Below, piece by piece: positions 18,637-27,593 of a DNA stretch of 64,000 bases; the stretch's first letter is position 1; every line of letters begins with the position of its first letter. Below the pieces are notes generated by a model. That model had not been told where the DNA came from. It saw only the letters and a list, made by a program, of their open reading frames with translations, and did not search any database. Origin of the DNA: Dehalococcoidia bacterium (GTDB taxonomy: Bacteria > Chloroflexota > Dehalococcoidia > Bin125). The DNA lies in the NCBI GenBank assembly GCA_965205165.1, contig OZ242037.1, positions 1,706,576 to 1,770,575 of the forward strand. The letters are read 5' to 3'. A program made the translations under genes and the position numbers.

Positions 18637-19122
18637 CTATCGCGTGGCCCAAGTAACCTGCCTCTCATCGCGTTGCACCTGATCCAGTGTCTGGTAATAG
18701 AAATGATGGAGGAACGGGAGCTGCGGCTCGCGGCCGTGTTGGAGGAACATCCAGAGCCAGAGGACGCGGCCGCTGCGGCCGTTGCCGTCCATGAAGGGAT
18801 GCAGGGTTTCGTAGCGGATGTGGGTCTGCCAGAGGTCGATCGGGTGGGTGTTGGCGTGATTGAGCAGGTCTGCAAGGTCGGTGCGGATTTTGGGGCCGCC
18901 TTGCGGCGGCGTGTGGTTGCCGACGAAGACGTTCATGCCGGGGTGTTCGCGGAGCTCGGCGTTGGCGCAGGTCCAGACGAACTGCTGCATGTCGCCGACG
19001 GTGATGTCGCGTTGGTCGAGGAACAGCTCGTGGGCCTCGATCTCCGCCTCGGTGACGCGGAAGATGCCCTCGATCCGGTTCGATTCTTCGACGAAGTCAT
19101 GCAGGTTGAATTCGCTGGGCAT
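18637..19122 (-). CDS. Fic/DOC-family protein
   Basis: It carries the canonical Fic motif 'HPFMDGNGRSGR' (HPFx[DE]GNGR). Confidence 0.85.
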   Translation of the reverse strand: MPSEFNLHDFVEESNRIEGIFRVTEAEIEAHELFLDQRDITVGDMQQFVWTCANAELREHPGMNVFVGNHTPPQGGPKIRTDLADLLNHANTHPIDLWQTHIRYETLHPFMDGNGRSGRVLWLWMFLQHGREPQLPFLHHFYYQTLDQVQRDERQVTWATR

Positions 19123-19132
19123 GTCGATTCTC

Positions 19133-20356
19133 CTAACCGATACCGGCTCGCCGGATGGCGGCGGGTGCCGCCGGGGCGGCGAGCTCCGAGAGTACCTCGG
19201 CCGTATCCGCGCCGAGCAGCGGCGGCGGGCGGCGGATGCGCCACGGGGTCCGGCCGAGCTTGTAGGGCGCGCCGGGGATGGTTTGTTCCCCGTCCGCGGT
19301 TTGGATTTCGCGCCAGAAGTCGCGTTGCGCCAGCTGGTCGGACTCGGCGACTTCGGCGATGGTATGGACGGGCTGGAAGCTAATCCGGTTGGCGGCGAAC
19401 TGCTCCCAGAGTTCCTGCTTGGTTCGTTCTTTCATCCACGGATGCCAGAGCGCGTCGATTTCGTCGGCCCATTGGAAGGCGGTCCAGCGGTTCTTGAGGC
19501 GCTCGTCGTGCTGCCAATCGGGATCGCCCAGCAGCTCCATGAAGCGGTTCCACTGATCATCGACCAAGGTGATGACCTCGAAGAATCCATCCTTGGCGGG
19601 CGCGACTTGGTACGGATAGAACGAATTCATGCGCACGCCGGCGCGGGAACGGTTCTGGCCGGCGAACAGATACGCGGCGACGCCCGCGCCGGCCATCACG
19701 GAGCTGACGATATCGACGATGCTGACCCAGACATGCTGCCCGCCTGCGCCGTTGCGGGCGGCGCGGCGGCCGAGCAGGGCGGCGATCGCGCCGTGGATGC
19801 CGCCTTGGAATTCGGGCGCGTTGTAGGGCAGGCCGAGCGGCGAGCGGTCGGGGTCGCCGATGCGGTAGGAGATGCCGGAGGCGAGCGAAGCGGTGAGCGA
19901 GGCGGCCTGCCAGCCTTCGCGGCGGGTGCCGATGCCCCACATCGTGATCGAGACCTGCGCGAGCTCCGGGTTGGCGCGCGCGAGGTCGTCCCAAGTCAAG
20001 CCGAGGCGTCGCTGGTCGGCGATGGGGCGGGAGGTGATCACGGCGTCGCTGGATGCGGTGAGCCCGCGGAAGAGCCGCCGCGCCGCCGCGGTTTCGAGAT
20101 CGAGCACGATGCTCCGCTTGTTGGTGTCGAGGAAGAGGTGCAGGCCGCCGCGCTCGCGGTGCGGGAGGTCGCGCGGGAACGGCCCGCGACGGCGGATGTC
20201 GTCGCCCTCGGGAGGCTCGATCTTGATCACGTCGGCGCCGAGATCGGCGAGCAGCTTGCCGGCGTAGGAGGCGGCGATGCCGCCGCCGTCCTCGATGATG
20301 CGCACCCCTTCCAGCGCGAGCGGAGGGTCGGCGACAGCGCCGTCGGCGTCGTTCAT
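19133..20356 (-). CDS. CoA-transferase family III (CaiB/BaiF)
   Basis: The N-terminus 'LEGVRIIEDGGGIAASYAGKLLADLGADVIKIEPP' and the family-typical length of 407 aa match. Confidence 0.85.
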   Translation of the reverse strand: MNDADGAVADPPLALEGVRIIEDGGGIAASYAGKLLADLGADVIKIEPPEGDDIRRRGPFPRDLPHRERGGLHLFLDTNKRSIVLDLETAAARRLFRGLTASSDAVITSRPIADQRRLGLTWDDLARANPELAQVSITMWGIGTRREGWQAASLTASLASGISYRIGDPDRSPLGLPYNAPEFQGGIHGAIAALLGRRAARNGAGGQHVWVSIVDIVSSVMAGAGVAAYLFAGQNRSRAGVRMNSFYPYQVAPAKDGFFEVITLVDDQWNRFMELLGDPDWQHDERLKNRWTAFQWADEIDALWHPWMKERTKQELWEQFAANRISFQPVHTIAEVAESDQLAQRDFWREIQTADGEQTIPGAPYKLGRTPWRIRRPPPLLGADTAEVLSELAAPAAPAAIRRAGIG

Positions 20357-20369
20357 GGCAGCGGATGAT

Positions 20370-20390
20370 AGCCGCTAGCCTGCGCGGGAT
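20370..20390 (+). promoter_or_regulatory. Variant of the recurrent motif (GCTAGCCTGCGCGG) upstream of the MBL hydrolase start
   Basis: One mismatch to the TATCCTGCGCGG core. It lies about 35 nt upstream of the ATG at 20420. Confidence 0.3.
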
Positions 20391-20419
20391 TGCGCGCCGC
20401 GCGCGGGTCAGGAGCCGCC

Positions 20420-21370
20420 ATGTCCACCGAGATCATCACGTCGCGCGACCAGCTGCCGGATCCGGAGCTGGTGGAGGCCGCGCCCGGCGTCTTCGCCTAC
20501 GTGCAGCACGATGGCTCGTGGTGCCTCAACAATCCGGCCTTCATGACCTCGGCGGACGGCGTGATCGCGGTCGACGCCTGCGCGACGGAGCGGCGGACGC
20601 GCGGATTCCGCGAGGCGATCGAGCGCATTTCGGAGCAGCCGGTGCGGACGCTGATCAACACGCACGCGCACTTGGATCACACGTTCGGCAATCACGTCTT
20701 CAAGCCGGACGCGACAATCATCGGCCACCGCAACACGCGGGCCGAGTTGCTGCGCGACCGGGCGGCGATGCCGGACCGCGCCAAGCTGATGTTCCCCGGC
20801 GTCGAGTGGGGCGATGTCGATGCGACTCCGCCGGATGTCACGTTCGACGAGGAGCTGGCGATCTACGCGGGCGATCTGGAGCTGCGGCTGATCTACGTAT
20901 CGCCGGCGCACACCAATACCGACGTGGTGATCTGGCTGCCCGAACACCGGACGCTGATTGCGGGCGACATCATATTCAACCAAGGCACTCCGTTCGCGCT
21001 GATGGGCAGCATCGCGGGCTGGCTGGATGCCCTGGAACGGCTGCGCGGGCTTGGCGCGGAGACGATCATCCCCGGCCACGGCCCGGTCTGCGGCCCCGAA
21101 GTATTCAACGAGGTGGCGGATTATCTGCGGTTCGTGCAGGCGACGGCGGCGGAGGCGCAGGCGACGGGAGCGCCGCCCCTGCAGGCCGCGCGGGAGGCGG
21201 ACTTGGGCCGTTTCGCGGAATGGCACGACAGCGAGCGGATCGTCGGCAACCTGCACCGCGCCTACAGCGAACTGAAGGGGGAGCCGAGGGGTGCGGAGAT
21301 CGATACGGGCAAGGCGTTCGGGGAGATGCTCGAATACAACGGCGGCGAGCCGTTGCGCTGCCTCGCCTGA
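20420..21370 (+). CDS. MBL-fold metallo-hydrolase
   Basis: The 'LINTHAHLDHTFGNH' motif is the HxHxDH zinc-binding signature. Confidence 0.8.
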   Translation: MSTEIITSRDQLPDPELVEAAPGVFAYVQHDGSWCLNNPAFMTSADGVIAVDACATERRTRGFREAIERISEQPVRTLINTHAHLDHTFGNHVFKPDATIIGHRNTRAELLRDRAAMPDRAKLMFPGVEWGDVDATPPDVTFDEELAIYAGDLELRLIYVSPAHTNTDVVIWLPEHRTLIAGDIIFNQGTPFALMGSIAGWLDALERLRGLGAETIIPGHGPVCGPEVFNEVADYLRFVQATAAEAQATGAPPLQAAREADLGRFAEWHDSERIVGNLHRAYSELKGEPRGAEIDTGKAFGEMLEYNGGEPLRCLA

Positions 21371-21398
21371 GCGGGATAGGCTGGCAGGGGAGCGGGCG

Positions 21399-21902
21399 AT
21401 GGAACGCGAGCTGACGCTGAAGTTCGAGGGGCCGGCCACGGAGCAGGTGCACATCCCGGTGCGCAGCCTGCTGGCCATCGTCGATGTGCTCGAGGGGGCG
21501 ATCCGCAAGCGCTGCGGCAGGCTGCACACGCTGAAGACGATGTGCGAGCTCGAAATCGTCTCCTTCGACGCGCCATCGAGCACCGCCCAGCTGCGCCTGC
21601 AAGGCCCCGAGGACTGCGAGCGCGCCTGGCGCTCGGAAGACCCGCTGCAGCGCGTGATGACGGAGCTCGAACGCACGGCCGGCGACACCCCGCACCTGCC
21701 GGGACGGCTGCGTTGCCAGATCGCGAGCAAGCTGGCGGAGGGGCTCCGTCGGGTTGAGTTCGCCGCGCCGGCATGCGGATCGCCGCAGTGGATCGTGTGG
21801 GACGAGCGCGAGTCGCGGCCGTTCAGCCTGCTCCGCCCGGAGGAGAAGATGCCGAACTTCGACGCCGAGGCGTTCAACGACTTGGTGGAGAGCATGCGCT
21901 GA
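21399..21902 (+). CDS. Hypothetical protein, putative cognate partner/antitoxin of the downstream PIN toxin
   Basis: A 167-aa ORF whose stop overlaps the PIN gene start. No recognised fold. The assignment rests on position only. Confidence 0.4.
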   Translation: MERELTLKFEGPATEQVHIPVRSLLAIVDVLEGAIRKRCGRLHTLKTMCELEIVSFDAPSSTAQLRLQGPEDCERAWRSEDPLQRVMTELERTAGDTPHLPGRLRCQIASKLAEGLRRVEFAAPACGSPQWIVWDERESRPFSLLRPEEKMPNFDAEAFNDLVESMR

Positions 21903-22351
21903 TGCCGGATGCGGAATTCAGCGGCATTGAGCTGATCGCCGACACGAACATCTTCTCGTACGAGATGTCCGATCAGCCGGAGTCGATCGAGATCGCGGCG
22001 CGCTACCGGCACGTTTGGGAGGGGCGGCGCGTCGGCTTGTCGTTTCAGTCTGTCGCCGAATTGCGCGTCGGCCTCGAACTGCAAGGGTGGGAGATCGGCC
22101 GATATGAAGAGCTGATGAGCCGGTTCACGCCGATCTATCTGCTGCCCGGGATCGTCGACGCCTATGTCCGCATCCAGGTCGAAGCGGCGCGGCGGGGGAG
22201 GGGTGAACCGGCACGGCGCTCGAAGGCGGGCGATGCGTGGGTGGGCGCGACGGCGCTGTGGCTGGGGGCTCCGTTGGTGACGCACAATGGGCGGGATTTC
22301 AGGGCGGCGGAGGCGCTGGGGTTGGAGGTGGTGAGCCATGGGGGGTGGTGA
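21902..22351 (+). CDS. PIN-domain protein (VapC-like toxin)
   Basis: 'IELIADTNIFSYE' carries the first catalytic Asp, followed by '...AWVGATALWLGAPLVTHNGRDF'. The ATG overlaps the upstream stop. Confidence 0.75.
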   Translation: MPDAEFSGIELIADTNIFSYEMSDQPESIEIAARYRHVWEGRRVGLSFQSVAELRVGLELQGWEIGRYEELMSRFTPIYLLPGIVDAYVRIQVEAARRGRGEPARRSKAGDAWVGATALWLGAPLVTHNGRDFRAAEALGLEVVSHGGW

Positions 22352-22357
22352 GGGGAG

Positions 22358-22378
22358 GGGCGCTATCCTGCGCGGAGC
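22358..22378 (+). promoter_or_regulatory. Recurrent promoter-like motif GCGCTATCCTGCGCGG (approximate coordinates) upstream of enoyl-CoA hydratase 22394
   Basis: The motif is identical to the 13.18-kb instance and again precedes GAGGAGG and an ATG. Confidence 0.45.
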
Positions 22379-22393
22379 CTGAGGAGGTGCTTG

Positions 22394-23278
22394 ATGGCGA
22401 TGCCGGAGTTCGAGAACGTGGTGATCGATCGATTGGGGACGGACGGGCGGGTCGGACGGATCACGCTGAACCGCCCGGAGAAGATGAACGCGCTGTCGCA
22501 GGAGCTGATCTACGACCTGCGGGACGCGCTGGAGTACGTGGAGACGGATGACGGGATGCGGGTGCTGATCCTGCGGGGGGCGGGACGGACGTTCTCGGCG
22601 GGCTACGACCTGACGCCGGCGGGGGGCTACGGGGCGGACGCGATCCACCGCGGGTTCCGGACGACGGACGACGATGGGAACCGGCTGATCATGGGGATCC
22701 GCGGGGGGATGGCGCGGGTGACGGACATCTGGCTCTACTTCTGGAACATGCAGAAGGTGACGATCGCGCAGCTGCACGGGTACGCGATCGCCGGGGGGTT
22801 CGAGCTGTCGATGATGGCGGACTTGGTGACGGCGGCGGATGACACGCAGCTGGGGCATCCGGGGCTGCGCTTCGCGGGGAGCCGGACGTCGGCGATTTTG
22901 CCGCTGCTGACTTCGATGCGGAAGGCGAAGGAGCTGTTCTACACGGGGGATCCGATCCGGGCGACGCGGGCGCAGGAGCTGGACCTGATCAACTACGCGT
23001 GGCCGAAGGAGGAGCTGGAGGAGCGGACGCTGGCGCTGGCGGAGCGGATCGCGAACCTGCCGGCGGACCACTTGGCGCAGCTGAAGGTGCACGTCAACCG
23101 CTTCTACGAGAACATGGGCATCTACTCGTCGCTGCGCTCTTCGACGGACTTGGATGCCGTGGGGACGTTCACGTCGCAGCACTACGAGTGGGCTCGCAGG
23201 ATGCGCGACGAGGGGCTGAAGGGGGCGCTGGCGTGGCGCGACGGGCCGTTCGGGGACTACTCGCAGGGCAAGCGCTGA
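22394..23278 (+). CDS. Enoyl-CoA hydratase/isomerase family protein
   Basis: Crotonase motifs 'ITLNRPEKMNALS...TFSAGYDL' are present. The RBS GAGGAGG lies 7 nt upstream of the ATG. Confidence 0.85.
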   Translation: MAMPEFENVVIDRLGTDGRVGRITLNRPEKMNALSQELIYDLRDALEYVETDDGMRVLILRGAGRTFSAGYDLTPAGGYGADAIHRGFRTTDDDGNRLIMGIRGGMARVTDIWLYFWNMQKVTIAQLHGYAIAGGFELSMMADLVTAADDTQLGHPGLRFAGSRTSAILPLLTSMRKAKELFYTGDPIRATRAQELDLINYAWPKEELEERTLALAERIANLPADHLAQLKVHVNRFYENMGIYSSLRSSTDLDAVGTFTSQHYEWARRMRDEGLKGALAWRDGPFGDYSQGKR

Positions 23279-23330
23279 GCAGGCGCCGGCGCAACCGCCC
23301 CCGCGTTCCGCGCTTTCGTGGCCTGCGGAG

Positions 23331-23861
23331 CTAGGCGCGTTCGAGGCCTTGGGCTTCGCGGAGGGCGTTGAGCTGGTCGGCGTGCATGCCGTCGTGGAAG
23401 GCTTGGAAGAGCATCCAGGCGCGGGAGGGGAGTTCGCCGAAGAAGGCGTGGGGGACCGTGGTTCGGGCGTCGGGCTCTTCGGGCAGGCGTTGGCCAACTG
23501 AGAGGAGGTGTTCGGAGACAGAGACGAGGCGGGCGCGGAGTTCGCGGATGGGGGCGTTTTCGGCGTTGATTTCGCCGGGAGGGCCTTTCGGGGTGGTGCT
23601 GCCATTGGCGGTGGATTCGATGATTGCGGCGACGTTGGGGGTGGCGGTGATGAGGTGGCGGATGACTTGGGAGGCGGACCAGGCTTCTTCGCCTTGGCCC
23701 GTTGGGGGAGTCCAGGAGGCTTGGGCGTCGGAGAGGTCGAGGGTGGCGGCGATGAGGGAGGCGCGGGCGCGGGCGGAGCGGAGCCAGATTTCGGGCCAGG
23801 GGAGGGTTTCGGCGTCGCGGAGGAAGCCTTGGCGGAGTCGGAGGAAGGGGTCGTCGGGCAT
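23331..23861 (-). CDS. DinB/YfiT-like (DinB_2) family protein
   Basis: A 176-aa protein whose His pattern '...HLITATP...HDGMHADQL' is typical of the DinB_2 helical bundle. Confidence 0.6.
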   Translation of the reverse strand: MPDDPFLRLRQGFLRDAETLPWPEIWLRSARARASLIAATLDLSDAQASWTPPTGQGEEAWSASQVIRHLITATPNVAAIIESTANGSTTPKGPPGEINAENAPIRELRARLVSVSEHLLSVGQRLPEEPDARTTVPHAFFGELPSRAWMLFQAFHDGMHADQLNALREAQGLERA

Positions 23862-23914
23862 TGGGGGATGCTAGCGCGAGCGGGCTTTGGGGGTAAACTG
23901 CCGGGCGAGAGGGT

Positions 23915-24772
23915 TTGGACGCGAGGCGGGCGATGGGCGAGGTGCTGCGGGATCTGAATTGGCCGCGATTGCTGGCGTTTCTGGCGATTGCGGGGGTGGC
24001 TGCCGGGGTGGCGTTCGCGGCTGGGTCGTTGAGGGGGTCGCGGGAGGAGACCGTGGGAGGGGAGCATGATTTGACGCTGTCGCTGAAAGCGGCGTCGTAT
24101 TGCGAGGCTTGGGATGCGGAGGGGGTGCTGGACGGGGGGGAGCGGGTTTGGCCGGTTTCGAGGGCGCCGGTCGTGGAGGTGGGGTGGTCGTTGACGGCTG
24201 GGCTGGGGCCGTATCGGTTGGAGATCGAGGGGGAGGAGTACGAGGGGACGAAGGGGGTGGCGGAGGTGCCTTGCGCGATGTCGTACGAGCTGCTGGAGGA
24301 GGCGCATCCGCGGCTGGGGAAGTTGTTCGATCCGGAAGCGCCGATCGTGGTGGAATCGGGGGTGCGGGAGATTCGGGCGATGGCTTGGGATGCGGAGGGG
24401 GCGATCGGGGAGGCGTCGATCGAGGTGTACGTGATTCGGGAGGTTGGGCTGGACGAGGCGATGATGGGGGGGCGGACGTACCGGCTGGGGGCGTTCCGGC
24501 AGTTGGTGACGGTGCCGGAGGGGATTTCGCTGGCGTACGGGGGGAGTTACCAGCCGGATTGCGGCGACATAGAAGCGGAAGAGGGTTGCGAGCGGGTGCA
24601 TGTATTCAACGTGACGGATCCGCCGAATGGGGGGCGGATCGGATTGTACCGGCACTCGTGGAGGGAGCATTTCCGGGAAGTGGGGGTGGCGGAGGTAGAT
24701 GGCATGGCGATGGATGATTTGCTGGATCAGTTCGAGCAGTCGATCGGGCGGCACCCGGAATTGCAGCGTTGA
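23915..24772 (+). CDS. Hypothetical membrane-anchored protein
   Basis: The N-terminal hydrophobic segment 'LLAFLAIAGVAAGVAFAA' suggests a membrane anchor. A TAAACT -10-like box lies upstream. Confidence 0.45.
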   Translation: MDARRAMGEVLRDLNWPRLLAFLAIAGVAAGVAFAAGSLRGSREETVGGEHDLTLSLKAASYCEAWDAEGVLDGGERVWPVSRAPVVEVGWSLTAGLGPYRLEIEGEEYEGTKGVAEVPCAMSYELLEEAHPRLGKLFDPEAPIVVESGVREIRAMAWDAEGAIGEASIEVYVIREVGLDEAMMGGRTYRLGAFRQLVTVPEGISLAYGGSYQPDCGDIEAEEGCERVHVFNVTDPPNGGRIGLYRHSWREHFREVGVAEVDGMAMDDLLDQFEQSIGRHPELQR

Positions 24773-24819
24773 GGGGAGGTAGGCATTGAAGCGAGGCTTG
24801 GCGGCGTTTGGGGTGGGCA

Positions 24820-25719
24820 TCAGCGGAATTCTTTGATGATTTGGTCCATGAATTGGTCGGCTTGTTCGGTGCGTTCGAAGGCGTTGGAGCCGAGGGTGAA
24901 ATCGGGGATGATGAGTTCGTCGACGCCGGCGTCGATATAGGCTTGGATGGTGTTGAGGATGTCGTCTTTGGAGCCGCCGAGGACTGGGCGTCCGGCGGCG
25001 CGGGCTTGGTCGAGGCGTGCTTGGTCTTGGGTTTGGATGAGGAGGGTGCAGGCGCTGCGCTGGATTTCCGAGGGGTCGCGGCCGATGTCCTGGCAGTGGT
25101 CGTCGAGGACGTTGTTCTTGTGGGCGAGGACTTCGGGGGTGCCCCAGACGTTCCACTCGTCGGCATACTTTGCGGCGATGCGGAGGGTGCGTTTTTCGCC
25201 GCCGCCGCCGATCATGAGGGGGAGCGGGGTTTGGACGGGCTTGGGTTCGAGGGGGGCGTCGACGAGTTGGTAGTGCTGGCCGGCGAAGTTGGTTTTCTGG
25301 TAGCGGAAGAGTTCGGTGACGAGTTGGCAGGCTTCTTCGAAGCGGTCGAGGCGTTCTTTGAGGGTGAAGAAGGGGATGCCGTAGGCGCGGTGCTCGTTTT
25401 CCTGCCAGGCTGCGCCGAGGCCGAGGGTGAAGCGGCCGGCGGAGACGATGTCGAGTTCGGCGGCCATTTTGGCGACGACGGCGGGGTGGCGGTAGGTGTT
25501 GCCGGAGACGAGGTGGCCGATGCGGACTCTGGGGACGCGGACGGCGAGAGCGGTGAGGGCGACCCAGCTTTCGTGGACGGGGGCGGAGGTGTCTTCTTGG
25601 TTGGGCATGAAGTGGTCGGCGAACCAGAGGCGGTCCCAGCCGGAGGCTTCGGCGTGTCGGGCGACGGTGAGGATTTCGGCCCAGGGGTTGCCTGCGCCGG
25701 GCCAGAATCCGAATCGCAT
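24820..25719 (-). CDS. LLM-class F420-dependent oxidoreductase
   Basis: The 299-aa product starts 'MRFGFWPGAG...' with the LLM signature. It has its own GGAG RBS, although the upstream frame is open. Confidence 0.85.
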   Translation of the reverse strand: MRFGFWPGAGNPWAEILTVARHAEASGWDRLWFADHFMPNQEDTSAPVHESWVALTALAVRVPRVRIGHLVSGNTYRHPAVVAKMAAELDIVSAGRFTLGLGAAWQENEHRAYGIPFFTLKERLDRFEEACQLVTELFRYQKTNFAGQHYQLVDAPLEPKPVQTPLPLMIGGGGEKRTLRIAAKYADEWNVWGTPEVLAHKNNVLDDHCQDIGRDPSEIQRSACTLLIQTQDQARLDQARAAGRPVLGGSKDDILNTIQAYIDAGVDELIIPDFTLGSNAFERTEQADQFMDQIIKEFR

Positions 25720-27468
25720 GGTGGAGCTCCAGTTCTCGCGTGCTGCGCGGGAATGGAAGGATAGCGATGCGGGCGCGAGGCTGCCGGCGGCCGGGCTGGC
25801 GTCTTGGTTCGGGGTGTCGTTCGGGGGGCGGCGGGGGAGGGGAGGTTGGTTGGTTTGGTGGGGGTAGAGGGGGATGATGTCGGGGTGGGCGGGGGGTTGG
25901 GGGGCGGGTTGGGAGAGGGTTTGGGTGATGGAGTTTTTGGGTTGGGGGATGGTGCAGGGTTGGAGTTTGCCGGCGGCTTCGAGGCGTTTGAGGGTTTCGA
26001 AGCCGATGAGGTCGTGGACGGCGAAGGGGTCGTCTTCTTCTTGCTTGGGGGTTCGGCCTTGTTGCATGCGGAAGAGGTCTTGGAGGGAGCGGGGTTGGCG
26101 CTGTTTGCGGGCGCGGCGCTGGCGGCGGGGGCGGGGGTCGTCGTTGGGGCCGCGCTGGTTCCGGGAGCTGGCGGGACGGTCGGTGCCAGAGCTGCCGGGG
26201 TCAGCGGCGGCCGGAGATTTGAGGCCGGGGTTGCGGCTGCCGGGAGGGTTGAGGGAAGGGAGACGTTCGGGATCGGGGGTTCGGGGGCGGTGGTCGTCCG
26301 GGCTGTCCCAGGATTGGATGAGTTCTTTGGGGGTTCTGGGGTTTTGGGGGTCGGGGGGGCGGGCGTCTAGTTCTTGTTGGGCTTGGTCGACGATGGCGAT
26401 GATGCGGTCGAGGTTGCGGAGTTGTTCGTGGCTGAGCGGGGGGTGCTGGGGTTGGGGGGCGGGTTCGGGGTCGGGTTGGCCGTTGAGGCGGTGGGCGTAG
26501 ATTTGGGCTTGTTCGGCGTCGGTGCATTCGATCACGATGGCGCCGTCGGGGGTGGCGCGGCGGGCCCAGATGCGGGCGGAGTCGTTGCGGAGTTGTCGGT
26601 TGATGGCGTCGGCGAGGGTTTGGGCGTGTTCGCGGAAGTGGCGGCGCTGGCGCTGGAGGGCGCGGTCTTTGGCGGCGTTGCCCCAGGTTTGGTCGGCGAG
26701 GTGGCGGCGGAGTTGTTCGGCGTCGTAGCCGTTCTGTTCGACGAGTTGGAGGGAGTGGCGGGCGAGGTGCTCGTTGTCGGTGTTGATGAGGCGGGCTTGT
26801 TCGACGTTGATGGTTCGGTCGCGGAGGCGCTGGAGGAGGTACTGGGGGAATTTGAGGATGCGGACGGCTTGGTGGAGGCGGTCGCGGTGGAGGCCGAGGA
26901 GTTGTGCGAGGGGGGCGATGCGGATTCCTCGGCGGACGGCGCGCTTGAAGGCGTTGGCGCGTTCGACGGGGTCGAGGGGGAGGCGCTGTTCGTTTTCGGC
27001 GAGGGAGAGGAGGATGGGGCCGGCGGGGTGTGCGGAGTGGAGGGTGGACTTGGGTGCGATGAGGACGGGGATGTCGCGGAGGTTGGCGTGGATGGCGGCT
27101 TGTCGGCGGCGTTCGCCGATGATGAGGCGGAGTTGTCCGTCGGGCAGTGGTTGGGCGATGACGGGTTGGAGGAGGCCGTGGGCGCGGATGGAGTGGGCGA
27201 GTTTTTGGGTGTCGGCGAGGGTGATGTTGTCGCGGGGGTGGTCTTGCGGGGGGAGCAGGTCCTGGGGCGGGAGGTAGCGGAGTTTGAAGCGGCGGTTGAG
27301 TGGGTTGGAGGGGTCGTAGCGGGGTTCTTGGGGTCGGCGGTAGGAGGGCTGGGGCTGTTGGGGAGCTTGCGGTTGTCGGCGGCGGGCTTGGGCTTGTTCG
27401 AGGGAGTGGAGGGCGCGTTGGCGTCGGGCGTCGGCTTTGGGGTCGTGTTCGAAGGCGACGATGGTCAT
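25720..27468 (-). CDS. ParB/Spo0J-like N-terminal-domain protein with a P/Q-rich low-complexity C-terminal region; frame runs uninterrupted into the downstream LLM gene
   Basis: The ParB N-domain is visible in 'LLQPVIAQPLPDGQLRLIIGERRRQAAIHANLRDIPVLI'. There is no in-frame stop before 24820. Confidence 0.5.
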
Positions 27469-27593
27469 TGGGGGATGGTACGGGTGTTCTGCGGGGATGG
27501 GGCGGCGGCGGGGGAGGGAGTGTGGCGGGGGTTGCAGAGTGCTGGGGTAGGCTTCGGGGCGTCGGGAGTTGGCTTGGAGAGGGAGTCGGGGCT

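Noticed and set aside
20408-25156. 1582-aa minus-strand ORF spanning several plus-strand genes; similar giant ORFs at 38422..41565, 42896..44731, 59594..62119 and the N-terminal part of 2761..5172
   Set aside because: The translations are extreme Arg/Pro-rich low complexity. They run antisense to or out of frame with clearly recognisable enzymes. Such ORFs are expected in ~70% GC DNA, where stop codons are rare.
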